A DNA stretch of 64,000 nucleotides from an uncultured Bacteroidales bacterium (GTDB taxonomy: Bacteria > Bacteroidota > Bacteroidia > Bacteroidales > VadinHA17): contig CAWGRY010000001.1 of the NCBI GenBank assembly GCA_963825165.1, positions 1,384 through 65,383 of the forward strand. The letters run 5' to 3'. Shown one piece after another: positions 54,730 to 64,000 of the stretch. A model generated the notes under the pieces. It had not been told where the DNA came from and made no database searches. It was given only the letters and a program-made list of their open reading frames with translations. The position numbers and the translations under genes are program-made. Within the stretch, counting starts at the first letter, position 1. Each line of letters opens with the position of its first letter.

Positions 54730-55091
54730 TGATAAAGTATCACACGGCATCCGGGAACTTTAAAATTGCTGAATTAGAACCCGAATCTGACTTAATAACG
54801 GGTGCCGGTGATATGCTGGACATCCTGGTGGAAGCAGGATATCATGACTGCGACAGATTAATCATTCACGAAAAGAGTCTGCACCGTGACTTCTTCGATC
54901 TCAAAACCGGGCTGGCTGGGGAAATCCTTCAGAAATTCTCAAATTACAAGGTAAAGCTGGCTATTGTCGGAGACTTCACCAACATCAGAAGTAAAAGCCT
55001 GGGAGATTTTATCAGGGAGAGTAACCGTGGCAGGACAGTCAATTTTGTACATTCGTTTGAAGAGGCTATGGAGAGGCTGACAAACAAATGA
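54726..55091 (+). CDS. DUF4180-like protein
   Basis: ...FFDLKTGLAGEILQKF.NY..KLAIVGDF... pattern. Confidence 0.5.
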   Translation: MMIKYHTASGNFKIAELEPESDLITGAGDMLDILVEAGYHDCDRLIIHEKSLHRDFFDLKTGLAGEILQKFSNYKVKLAIVGDFTNIRSKSLGDFIRESNRGRTVNFVHSFEEAMERLTNK

Positions 55092-55215
55092 TCAAATGCG
55101 CCCTCTTGCAGCCGGGATGATTTAAAGGGAAACTCTTCCGGCTATCTGGCATGTTATTTGTGCCTTTTTACTCTGTTTTGTACCGGTAATGATATCATTT
55201 ATACCGCCAAAAACC

Positions 55216-55749
55216 ATGATACGAAACCTGACCCTGCTATTTGTACTTTTAATAGTCGCCGGGTGTGAGATAAACAATGATCTCCATCCAACGGCTCTGT
55301 TCGAGATTCAATATATAAACCACGCCTGGGGGTATCAGCATTCGGGATCAATAATTGATGCATCCGGAGATGTAAGGGAATTCGATCTTCCTTCTGTCTG
55401 GAATTATCCTGACAGTGAAGGCTATATCAGTGAAGCTGATATGGAGGAGAACCTCGCTCAGCTCGGAGAAATAACGTGCACGGTCAGCAAGCGTGATCTC
55501 GGATATTACTCTGTCAAACTTGCAAATGCTCAAAAAGGCAACCTGACGACTCCGGAGCATCAGATGTGTGATTTCGGCTCGCTCTCATATGCGGGATATA
55601 TTTACGAACCCGTCCGCAACAGGTACAGGTATGTTCTCATCAGGCAGACCGGAGACTTTTATGTTGAGAATAAATCGAGGGAAGCATCTGATATTTATGG
55701 CTGGCTGACCAGACCATGTGACAACAACCTGAGCGTAACCCTGAGGTAA
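55216..55749 (+). CDS. hypothetical lipoprotein
   Basis: MIRNLTLLFVLLIVAGC lipobox (the track start 55189 is also possible). Confidence 0.45.
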   Translation: MIRNLTLLFVLLIVAGCEINNDLHPTALFEIQYINHAWGYQHSGSIIDASGDVREFDLPSVWNYPDSEGYISEADMEENLAQLGEITCTVSKRDLGYYSVKLANAQKGNLTTPEHQMCDFGSLSYAGYIYEPVRNRYRYVLIRQTGDFYVENKSREASDIYGWLTRPCDNNLSVTLR

Positions 55750-55863
55750 TTTTATACTACAGGAAGAGGAAAGAGCATTGGCAGATTGGAAGGAGTTGCA
55801 TTCCTGCTTAATTATTCTTTATACATTGGTTTCCTCATTATAGTATGATTTAATAAATTTAAA

Positions 55864-56346
55864 ATGGCCCATATCAAAATCGGCGACATTATTCCCAATT
55901 TTTCCCTAAAAGATCAGCACGGAAATCTGTTCGATATCAACACATATCTGGGTAAGAAAAAACTGGTTATCTTTTTCTATCCGCAGGATGGAAGCCTGAA
56001 CTGTACAAGAGAAGCCTGCTATTTCCGGGATATCTCAGATCTATTTGATGAGGCAGATGCAATTATTATAGGCATTAGCAGCCAGTCGGTTGAAAGCCAT
56101 AAAGAATTTGCAGAAAAAAACAGACTCAATTATACCCTGTTAAGTGATAATGAAAATATTGTAAGAAAATTATTTGGCGTTCCCAGAAGGATTTTCGGAT
56201 TAATTCCTGGACGAGTGACTTATGTTGCAGACCGTTCAGGTAAGGTAGTTTATATATTCGATTCACAGACAGAGGTTCAACGTCATGTAGATGAAGCTAT
56301 AAAGATCTGTCTCCTGCTGAAAAAAGCTGATAATGTTAATAATTGA
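55864..56346 (+). CDS. bcp: peroxiredoxin (Bcp-type thiol peroxidase)
   Basis: FSLKDQ.G......LGKKKLVIFFYPQD.S..CT.EAC.FRD...F......IIGIS.QS...H..F. Confidence 0.75.
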   Translation: MAHIKIGDIIPNFSLKDQHGNLFDINTYLGKKKLVIFFYPQDGSLNCTREACYFRDISDLFDEADAIIIGISSQSVESHKEFAEKNRLNYTLLSDNENIVRKLFGVPRRIFGLIPGRVTYVADRSGKVVYIFDSQTEVQRHVDEAIKICLLLKKADNVNN

Positions 56347-56471
56347 TTTCCGAAATACAACGCTGAATTCATATAACCATCGGAAACGAATATCTCTTTA
56401 ACTGGTTAAGCAAGCACATTTAGATACCGCACTGACCAAGTGGCTCATTCTGAGAAGCAATTACATGTATC

Positions 56472-56864
56472 CTATATTTTATTTGCTATAAAATAGGTTA
56501 TCAGCGAAATGGCAGATGCTAATACAGAGCCCCAGATTAAATCAACAACCGTAACTAATAAAGGCCAGTCTTTCAAAGTGGCCAGATTTGTTAAATCGTA
56601 GGTAGCATATGTTATTAGACCAAATAGTGCTCCAAAAAGGAGTGCATGAACCCAGGAATGCTTTTCAACAGCTGGTGAAATAACAAATATTATCAGTCCG
56701 GCAATAAACAATAAATAGAAAATTATTGCAGCAAACCAATTAATATCTGGTTTCATCAAAAAACCAATCTGTTCCTGATAGAACTTTTTTGCCACAAGTA
56801 CCAGCCAAACCATATCAATTACAAAAAAGACCGGTAAGGCAATAATAAATAGTTTTATAAACAT
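56472..56864 (-). CDS. DUF2177-like integral membrane protein
   Basis: 130 aa with four TM segments. It is the only complete minus-strand gene in the window. Confidence 0.55.
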   Translation of the reverse strand: MFIKLFIIALPVFFVIDMVWLVLVAKKFYQEQIGFLMKPDINWFAAIIFYLLFIAGLIIFVISPAVEKHSWVHALLFGALFGLITYATYDLTNLATLKDWPLLVTVVDLIWGSVLASAISLITYFIANKI

Positions 56865-57361
56865 TGTATCAATTTTTAGAGATTTACGGATTTAAAAAAT
56901 AAGCAAACCTGGCCCGTCAGATCAGTATCAATTTGCATAGCTTCATATAAAGTATTTACCTAACCCGGAACCGTACCAAGTTAATAATTGTTAGTCTGAA
57001 AAGTATTTATAAGGTGAAAATACTTATTACAGCCTCAATCAGCTATTACAAGTGTCCCTGCGAACTGCCTGTTGCGGTCATTTGACTAACCGTGTCGGAA
57101 AATTCCTTAATTTTAAAAAATGAAACAACTTATCATAGTGATATCTCTGGTCATTATTACCGATAGCTGCAATAATCCCGCCAGGCAGAAGGAGGAAAAG
57201 AATGACGAAGCATTAGAGGATACCAGAAGAGTACAACATGATTATGCAACAGGGCGATCAACGCACAAGCCTGACCAGGGGTGAAACGCTTTATCCAGAC
57301 AAAATGGTAAATTTCGACGCGGCTGAACTGACTGAAGTGAGACAACACAAAACTGTTACAA

Positions 57362-58159
57362 ATGAAAGTTAAAACCGCGCTTCTGCTTACAGTACTGCTG
57401 GCTGCACCGACATGCCGCGCGCAGGAGCTGAGTGACAATCAAACCGTATTAAAAATACTGTCGTTTAATATTTATCACGGCGCAACTACCCGGGGTGATT
57501 ATAACCTCGATGCTATAGCCAGGGTTATCATCAATGCTGATCCGGATCTGGTAGCATTGCAGGAAGTTGATCTCAACACAAACAGATCCGGACGTATTGA
57601 TCTGGCGACTGAGTTGGGGATAAGGACGGATTTGGCACCATTGTTCGGCCGGGCCATGTATTATGACGGCGGGGAATACGGTGAAGGAATTTTATCAAAG
57701 TACAGTTTTATCTCGACCAGGAATGTGCCACTGCCCTTTACTCCGGGAAATGAGCCCAGGACTGCCCTCGCAGCGATAGTGGTACTGTCTTCAGGAGATA
57801 CCATAACATTTATCGGAACCCACTTCGATCATCTTAATCCTGAAACTGACAGGGTAGCACAGGCTGAGAAGATCAATGAAGTGTTTGCGCAAGGCCCCTA
57901 CCCTGCTGTGCTGGCAGGAGACCTTAATGCTCAGCCCGGCAGCAACGCGATCAATATCCTCGAGGAGAAATGGTCTTCATCATATAATAAAAACAACCCT
58001 GAGCCTACATTCCCCTCTGATGCTCCGGCGAAAAAGATCGACTATGTCATGCATTTCCCGGCAGGGCGATGGGAAACCCTTGAGACTAAGGTTATCTGCG
58101 ATTCCATTGCGTCAGATCACTGTGCTTACCTGGTAACCCTGAAGTTGCTGAGCAAATAA
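57362..58159 (+). CDS. endonuclease/exonuclease/phosphatase family protein
   Basis: SFNIYHG, LQEVD, GDLNA and SDH motifs; signal peptide. Confidence 0.75.
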   Translation: MKVKTALLLTVLLAAPTCRAQELSDNQTVLKILSFNIYHGATTRGDYNLDAIARVIINADPDLVALQEVDLNTNRSGRIDLATELGIRTDLAPLFGRAMYYDGGEYGEGILSKYSFISTRNVPLPFTPGNEPRTALAAIVVLSSGDTITFIGTHFDHLNPETDRVAQAEKINEVFAQGPYPAVLAGDLNAQPGSNAINILEEKWSSSYNKNNPEPTFPSDAPAKKIDYVMHFPAGRWETLETKVICDSIASDHCAYLVTLKLLSK

Positions 58160-58208
58160 TAACGTCTGATAAAAAAAGAAGACATCCAACCAATACAGGC
58201 TAACTCAT

Positions 58209-59882
58209 ATGAAAAACTTCCACAAATACCTCGTTACAGTTGCACTGCTGTTCAGTGTGATTTCATGTCAGAACAATAATCAGTCATCAGAAATGATAAT
58301 AACAAATGCAAAAATCTGGACCGGGAATGAAAGCCAGCCCCTGGCTGAAGCCATGGCTGTTTCCGGTGATTCTATCATTGCAGTGGGCAGTATCAGGGAT
58401 ATAATGAAACATAAAAACGAAAATACCCTCGTTACCGATCTGGAAGGAAAATTTGTCATCCCCGGCATCATTGATTCCCATTTACACTTTTTACAGGGAG
58501 GATTAAATCTTTCTTCCGTGCAGCTCAGGGATGCATCAACGCCTGAGGAGTTCATAAAAAGACTTGCTGAATATGCTGCTACAGTTAAACCAGGGACATG
58601 GATCACCGGAGGCGAATGGGACGGCAAGGGATGGGCAACACTGCCTGAAAGAAGCTGGATAGATTCGGTGACACCTGATAACCCTGTCTTTGTGGAAAGG
58701 CTGGACGGACACATGGGCCTGGCCAACTCCCGTGCCCTGAAGCTTGCCGGTATCGACAGGAAAGTAAAGGATGTAAAAGGCGGAACCATTGTGCGGAATG
58801 AAGCCGGGGAGCTGACCGGGATTTTCAAGGACAATGCTATGGATTACATCTTTAACAGGATACCGTCAGCATCGGACGAGCAGGTTGATAAAGCCCTGCT
58901 GGCTGCAATGAATTACTTTGCTTCAAACGGTGTAACCTCTGTACATGCCGTTGATGCCGCCAGTTATGCTGATGCAATCAAGAGAGTACGAAACGACGGA
59001 AAGCTGATCACCAGGGTATATGTCATGGAGACAATCAGCCGCTGGGAGAAACTGCAGAAGCAGGTTGAGCGGGACGGAAGAGGCGATAACTGGATAAAGA
59101 CCGGCGGACTGAAAGGATTTATTGACGGATCACTGGGGTCCCATACTGCGGCATTTCTTGAACCGTACACTGATCTGATAACTGATTCCGGCCTTCTGGT
59201 CAATTCCAGGGAGGATCTTTATACATGGATCTCAAATGCCGACAAGGCTGACCTGCAGGTCGGTATTCACGCCATAGGCGATCGTGCGATCAATATGATG
59301 CTGAATATCTATGAGCAGGTGGAAAATGAGAACGGCGTGAAGGACCGGAGGTTCAGAATAGAGCATTCGCAGCACATTGCTCCCGGTGATGTCGAAAGGT
59401 ATGCAAAGCTGCACGTCATTGCTTGCATGCAGCCTTATCATGCCATCGATGACGGCAGGTGGGCTGAACCTTTGATCGGTCCCGAACGGGTCAAATCGAT
59501 GTATGTCTTCAAGTCGTTGTTTGATGCAGGAGCTGTCGTTGCTTTCGGCAGCGACTGGCCTGTAGCCCCGGCAACTCCCATGGAGGGTATCTACGCTGCC
59601 GTCACCCGCAGGACTTTGGATGACAAGAACCCGGACGGGTGGGTACCGGAGCAGAAGATCACGGTTGAGCAGGCGCTGACAGCTTATACCAAAAATGCTG
59701 CCTATGCTTCTTTCGATGAGAAGATAAAGGGAACGCTCGAACCCGGCAAACTGGCTGATTTTGTGGTGCTGGGCGATGACATCACTGAAATTGATCCCGT
59801 GAAGATAAGAGACACAAAAGTACTCCAGACATGGGTCGGCGGAAAGAAGGTATTTGACATTTCAGGTTATCAGAATGAGTAA
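58209..59882 (+). CDS. amidohydrolase family (Amidohydro_3-like) metal-dependent hydrolase
   Basis: PGIIDSHLHF HxH motif, ...HAIGD..., ...FGSDWPV...; lipoprotein-like N-terminus. Confidence 0.75.
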   Translation: MKNFHKYLVTVALLFSVISCQNNNQSSEMIITNAKIWTGNESQPLAEAMAVSGDSIIAVGSIRDIMKHKNENTLVTDLEGKFVIPGIIDSHLHFLQGGLNLSSVQLRDASTPEEFIKRLAEYAATVKPGTWITGGEWDGKGWATLPERSWIDSVTPDNPVFVERLDGHMGLANSRALKLAGIDRKVKDVKGGTIVRNEAGELTGIFKDNAMDYIFNRIPSASDEQVDKALLAAMNYFASNGVTSVHAVDAASYADAIKRVRNDGKLITRVYVMETISRWEKLQKQVERDGRGDNWIKTGGLKGFIDGSLGSHTAAFLEPYTDLITDSGLLVNSREDLYTWISNADKADLQVGIHAIGDRAINMMLNIYEQVENENGVKDRRFRIEHSQHIAPGDVERYAKLHVIACMQPYHAIDDGRWAEPLIGPERVKSMYVFKSLFDAGAVVAFGSDWPVAPATPMEGIYAAVTRRTLDDKNPDGWVPEQKITVEQALTAYTKNAAYASFDEKIKGTLEPGKLADFVVLGDDITEIDPVKIRDTKVLQTWVGGKKVFDISGYQNE

Positions 59883-61014
59883 GGCAAAGTTAAAGGGCAC
59901 CTGTATCCTTGTTGTATACCTGTTTATGACAGCATGCGCATCAAACAAACCGGCGGATAACCTGGCACGCGAACTCAACTCGTTGATGACCCGAGAATTC
60001 AGTGCAGATGAACCCGGGGGCTCCGTCCTGATAAAGAAAGGAGACAAGACGGTCTTTAATCATAGTTACGGATTGGCCGACCTTGTGACAAAAGAAAAGA
60101 TCTCGGAGAACACCCTCTTTAACCTCGGTTCAATCTCGAAGACGTTTGTTTCGAACGGCATTCTTATTCTGCAGGAAAATGGATTGCTTTCGGTTGAAGA
60201 CAGTCTCAGCAAGTACTTCCCTGATTTCAAAAACACGGAGATTGCTGACAGGGTAAGGATAAAGCATCTGCTGTCGCACACCTCAGGACTGCCGGACAAC
60301 AGGAATGTGGATGATAATTTCGAGTTTTTCCTGAGTGCAAAGGATGAGGAGAACTTTGCTCCTGTGAAGCAGGCAGACAGCCTTAATTTTGAGCCGGGGC
60401 AGAAATTTGAATACTCAAATCCGGCCTTCAATGGCCTGGCATTGATAATTGAAAAAGTAACCGGACAGCAGTGGCAGAAATTCATCACTGACAGCATCTT
60501 CATTCCGTCAGGCATGGTTTACAGCAAGATAACTGATGGCCCTTATCCCCAGGAAGGTGTGGCTCACGGTTATGAACTGAAGGATGGCGGATATGTCGAA
60601 TCTGACTATGGCGAATATCCAACTTTTGCTGCTGCAGGCAATGGAGGGGTGTGGAGCTCTGTAACAGAACTTGCAAAGTATGAAAAGGCTATCCGGCAAA
60701 ATATCTTCCTTGGCAAGGAGCTGACTGATATTTCGAGAACAGTCTACAGGCCAGAGAACTGGGCTGACAGCACTGGCCCGTTTATCGGGTACAGCTGGTT
60801 TATCGGCCATGGGCAGATGCCTGGCGGGAAAAATAAATCCGGGGTGAATTTCATTTATCATAACGGCGATCAGGGAGGATTCCGGGCATTTTACATTGTA
60901 ATTCCTGAAAAAGATATTCTTTATATCGGCCTGTTTAACAGGCCACCGGAAGATCTTGAGAAAATTATTACAGAGGGAATTTATTTAATGGAAAGAAACA
61001 AATGGTTAGAATGA
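59875..61014 (+). CDS. serine hydrolase (class C beta-lactamase/transpeptidase-like fold)
   Basis: ATG 59875 overlaps the upstream stop. Has the SISKTF (SxxK) motif and the YSN motif (FEYSNPAF). Confidence 0.7.
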   Translation: MSKAKLKGTCILVVYLFMTACASNKPADNLARELNSLMTREFSADEPGGSVLIKKGDKTVFNHSYGLADLVTKEKISENTLFNLGSISKTFVSNGILILQENGLLSVEDSLSKYFPDFKNTEIADRVRIKHLLSHTSGLPDNRNVDDNFEFFLSAKDEENFAPVKQADSLNFEPGQKFEYSNPAFNGLALIIEKVTGQQWQKFITDSIFIPSGMVYSKITDGPYPQEGVAHGYELKDGGYVESDYGEYPTFAAAGNGGVWSSVTELAKYEKAIRQNIFLGKELTDISRTVYRPENWADSTGPFIGYSWFIGHGQMPGGKNKSGVNFIYHNGDQGGFRAFYIVIPEKDILYIGLFNRPPEDLEKIITEGIYLMERNKWLE

Positions 61015-61087
61015 AGGGCTTCGTTTCAGTAAGTAAAGTTACTTCACCGTTCCGGCTGGAAACTATAAAAAGTAAATAACCGTCATA

Positions 61088-61822
61088 ATGAACAGCTCTC
61101 TGATAATAGTAATTCCATGTTACAACGAATACGAAAGACTGAAGACAGGCAGTTATGAAACTTTCCTGAAACAGGATAACAACACAAGAATCATATTTTC
61201 CAATGATGGGTCCACGGATAAAACAATTGAAAAACTAAATACTGTAAGAAGCATTGACCCGGACAGAGTGTTCATCAATTCTCTTGAAAAGAATAAAGGA
61301 AAAGCTGAGGCTATTCGCGAAGGGATTTTGTACTGTTTTGCCAATAACCTGCAGTTTGACAGAATTGCATATCTCGATGCAGACGGAGCAACCTCTCTTG
61401 AAGAATGTCAGTCAATAAGCCGGTATATAAATGAAAGTGTGATATTTGCATTCGGATCCAGAATACTGAAGATCGACAGCAACATAGTAAGAAAGCCCTA
61501 TCGTCACATCATTGGAAGGATCCTGGCAACAGTTATTTCCGGTCAGCTGAAAATTCACGTTTACGATACTCAATGCGGATGCAAGGTATTCAGTTCGGAC
61601 CTCGCCAAAGAGGTTTTCAGCGAAAGGTTTATTTCAAAATGGCTGTTTGATGTTGAAATCTTCCACAGGATAATCAGGCTTTACGGAGCAGGGAAAATGC
61701 GTCAGATCTGCCGGGAGATACCATTACACGACTGGATAGATACTGCCGATTCCAAAGTCAGCTTTGCTTATTCTTTCAGAATCTGGTATGACATACTCCG
61801 GATAAAAAGGAAATACAGATGA
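61088..61822 (+). CDS. family 2 glycosyltransferase (polyprenyl-phosphate sugar synthase-like)
   Basis: IVIPCYNE, DGSTD and DADG motifs. 4-nt overlap with the downstream GT39-like gene. Confidence 0.75.
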   Translation: MNSSLIIVIPCYNEYERLKTGSYETFLKQDNNTRIIFSNDGSTDKTIEKLNTVRSIDPDRVFINSLEKNKGKAEAIREGILYCFANNLQFDRIAYLDADGATSLEECQSISRYINESVIFAFGSRILKIDSNIVRKPYRHIIGRILATVISGQLKIHVYDTQCGCKVFSSDLAKEVFSERFISKWLFDVEIFHRIIRLYGAGKMRQICREIPLHDWIDTADSKVSFAYSFRIWYDILRIKRKYR

Positions 61823-63234
61823 AACACGGTCTTAAAACTTTATTACAGCAGCGCCATTTTTATCTCTGGGCATGTATTGCCATTATTCTGTTAAGATTAT
61901 TACTAAACAGCTTCGTTCCTTTAATGGATAAGACCGAGGCAAGGTATGCCGAGATAGCCAGGATTATGGTTGAAACAAACAACTGGGTTACTCCCCAGAT
62001 TGATTATGGAGTTCCGTTCTGGGCAAAACCTGTTTTATCAACCTGGTTATCAGCATTAAGCATGAAGGTGTTGGGTGTCAATGAATTTGCTGTAAGGCTG
62101 CCCTCCCTCCTCCTGAGTTTATTGATGGCGTTCATGGTGAACAGGTTCGCCGGAAAGAAAGATCAGCCTCTTTACTTCGCGAGTTTTGTTGTCATAACCT
62201 TGCCGGAATTCTTGTTACATATGGGCGTTGTATCTACAGACATAACATTGGCATTAAGTGTGGCTTTGATAATGCTGTCGTTCTGGAAGACCGTAAATGA
62301 GAATCAAAAAACTGCCTGGAATTATTTGTTTTTTGCCGGCATCGGGCTTGGCATGCTTGCCAAAGGACCAATAGCTCTGATCTTAACCTTCCCTCCTCTC
62401 TTCATCTGGATGGTTTTATTCAAAGAATACAAAAAGGTGTTGAGGGCATTCCCATGGCTGACAGGCTCTCTGCTGGTTATTCTGATAGCAGCCCCGTGGT
62501 ACTGGATTGCAGAAGTAAGATCACCCGGATTTTTAAACTATTTCATTGTTGGCGAACATTTTAAACGTTTCTTTGATTCCGGATGGAAAGGTGACTTGTA
62601 TGGTTTCGCCAAGCAGATGCCTCTTGGTATTATCTGGCTTTTCCTGGTTGCAGGAACTCTTCCCTGGATAATCACTGTCATCTCCAGGACATGGATGAAC
62701 AGATCAGAGATTTTAAAGAATAGGTGGATCGGTTTCTTATTGCTGTGGTTGTTATGGACGCCTTTGTTTTTCACAGTTTCCAAAAGCCTCATCCACACCT
62801 ATGTTCTTCCTGTAATGATCCCTGTGGCGTTGCTTGTAACATACTGGTGGACGGATATAAAATATAAAGCTGTACTAGTGTATACAAGCCTCATACTGCC
62901 ATTCCTGTTTCTGATCATATTTATTGCCGGAATGACTGGCAACAGGATTGAGCACTACAGTAACACTGACAAGTATCTCATCCTAAATCAATCCGATACT
63001 GAAAATACTGATTTGTATTATCTTAATAAAAAGAGTTATTCAAGTCAGTTTTACAGTCGCGGCAAGGTAAGGAGTTTGTCACAGGCAGAACTGAATGAAA
63101 AGTTGAACGGACAGCTCCCTTTCAGGATAATTATTCTGAATAAACATCTGAAAAGCCTGAGTGAGAGCGAAACAGGTAAGCTTCGGTTGATAGATTCAAA
63201 CTATAACAGAGGGTTATACGAATTTCACAACTGA
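61819..63234 (+). CDS. ArnT-like / GT39-GT83-type polyprenyl-phosphate-dependent glycosyltransferase
   Basis: DKTEARYAEIARIMVETNNWVTP... N-terminal motif and more than 10 TM segments. Confidence 0.7.
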   Translation: MKHGLKTLLQQRHFYLWACIAIILLRLLLNSFVPLMDKTEARYAEIARIMVETNNWVTPQIDYGVPFWAKPVLSTWLSALSMKVLGVNEFAVRLPSLLLSLLMAFMVNRFAGKKDQPLYFASFVVITLPEFLLHMGVVSTDITLALSVALIMLSFWKTVNENQKTAWNYLFFAGIGLGMLAKGPIALILTFPPLFIWMVLFKEYKKVLRAFPWLTGSLLVILIAAPWYWIAEVRSPGFLNYFIVGEHFKRFFDSGWKGDLYGFAKQMPLGIIWLFLVAGTLPWIITVISRTWMNRSEILKNRWIGFLLLWLLWTPLFFTVSKSLIHTYVLPVMIPVALLVTYWWTDIKYKAVLVYTSLILPFLFLIIFIAGMTGNRIEHYSNTDKYLILNQSDTENTDLYYLNKKSYSSQFYSRGKVRSLSQAELNEKLNGQLPFRIIILNKHLKSLSESETGKLRLIDSNYNRGLYEFHN

Positions 63235-63305
63235 AATCAAAGTTTAAGCGAAGATGGGCCTGAAATACTTACTTTCATGAGTTAGGTTAACGAAAACGGT
63301 ATTGG

Positions 63306-63340
63306 ACCCTGAGGCTGTCTTGCTTCAGGGTCTTTTATTT
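63306..63340. terminator. bidirectional rho-independent terminator between convergent genes
   Basis: ACCCTGA(GG)...(C)TTCAGGGT hairpin at 63306-63331, followed by TCTTTTATTTT. Confidence 0.6.
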
Positions 63341-64000
63341 TACAGAGGATAAGCTCCGATATAGGGCAGGCCTTTTTTGGGCCGGTTGAGAAGTGCACTG
63401 ATATCAGCCGGTAACTTAGAAGCAGCCTTTATACCCGGGAATGAAGGCAGAGTCTGATAGTTTCCCAGCTCACTGCTTTTGTAAACACTTCCCTCAGTAA
63501 AAAACAGGCTGTGTGCCGAAAATTCCGGATGAAGTTTATTCAGTTCGGCAGGTGAATCGAGTGCCGCAACGCAGTTTTCATTTGCAGCGGGGCTCCAGAT
63601 GATCAGGGGCATGGTCCTGCCAACAGGATTTTGCACATACACATTATGGTCAATCTGAGCAAACTGAGGATCCTTGAGTCTGTCGCAAAGTATCTTACGC
63701 TGCCACACGAACAACAGCGGCCTGTCAAATCCGTCATTGCCGGTCATCAGGTTATTGACAAACACGTGGCCGTCACGTTCATCAACACCCGGGCCCGTGG
63801 CAGGGTGCCATCCGAAATGATCGCCGACGGCGCTTCTTTCGTTGCGGCTGACACAGGCAGTACTGTTGACAAAAGTATTCTGGTACATGCTGACATCACA
63901 ACTGTTCAGGATATGTACCCCGAGTTCGCAGTTCACAAATACGTTGCCTGCACATATCGCTCCTTTTGAGATCTCAAAAAAGAAACCGCTCTCACCGGGC
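63340..64000 (-). CDS. right-handed beta-helix repeat protein (partial, continues beyond window end)
   Basis: The frame stays open upstream of the track start to position 64000 (...ICAGNVFVNCELGVHILN...). Repeated N.F.N motifs. Confidence 0.5.
   Translation of the reverse strand, partial: PGESGFFFEISKGAICAGNVFVNCELGVHILNSCDVSMYQNTFVNSTACVSRNERSAVGDHFGWHPATGPGVDERDGHVFVNNLMTGNDGFDRPLLFVWQRKILCDRLKDPQFAQIDHNVYVQNPVGRTMPLIIWSPAANENCVAALDSPAELNKLHPEFSAHSLFFTEGSVYKSSELGNYQTLPSFPGIKAASKLPADISALLNRPKKGLPYIGAYPL

Noticed and set aside
57121-57285. A 54-aa ORF, MKQLIIVISLVIITDSCNNP..., with a lipobox upstream of the EEP-family gene.
   Set aside because: It is plausible as a small lipoprotein, but it is below the ORF-track threshold and has no supporting evidence beyond the lipobox. 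It is left unannotated.
46300-64000. Search for mobile elements, RNA genes or defence islands in the right-hand third of the window.
   Set aside because: I found only ordinary-looking chromosomal genes with short intergenic regions. I could recognise no repeats, no tRNA-like or rRNA-like sequence, and no integrase or transposase.

Overview
The window looks like a Bacteroidota-type chromosome segment: lipobox and signal-peptide N-termini, TAnnTTTG promoter-like motifs, PEFPGG TonB-C and PD40 proteins.

Positions 1 to about 37.4 kb form one dense array, with every ORF on the + strand, of about 39 short AT-rich cassette units. Each unit ends in a visibly GC-rich structured repeat. The repeat starts with RYYYAAC at or just after the stop codon and ends with GTTRRRY. 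Imperfect inverted repeats of about 17 nt sit just inside both ends. This is the R''-L''...L'-R' layout of integron attC sites. However, 38 of the 39 sites are 221-404 bp or truncated derivatives of such sites, far longer than classical attC, and they have a conserved multi-helix interior.

The strongest evidence is a covariation. In all 36 testable cassettes, the GTTnnnn at the cassette 5' boundary is the exact reverse complement of the nnnnAAC that opens that cassette's own 3' repeat. At least 14 different 7-mers are used. This is what circularisable cassettes recombining at G|TT predict. Five cassettes also recur almost identically in shuffled positions, with identity ending exactly at GTT.

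The cargo is typical of a sedentary chromosomal integron:
- eight toxin or toxin-antitoxin modules (VapBC, HigBA x2, MazEF x2, RelE/XRE x2, Fic/Doc) plus a ParE remnant
- many small secreted, lipoprotein or outer-membrane proteins
- orphan cytoplasmic ORFs
- a four-copy ORF-less cassette family

No recombinase ORF occurs anywhere in the window. ORF polarity predicts that intI/attI lies upstream of position 1.

From 37.4 to about 46.3 kb the genes are still small accessory-like units, but they are followed only by eroded repeat remnants, so this looks like a fossil distal part of the array. From 46.4 to 64 kb there are ordinary chromosomal genes (flavoprotein, dgkA, rsgA, GH2 beta-galactosidase, hydrolases, GT2/GT39 pair).

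I saw no rRNA, tRNA or CRISPR. All domain calls come from motif recognition by eye; no searches were run.
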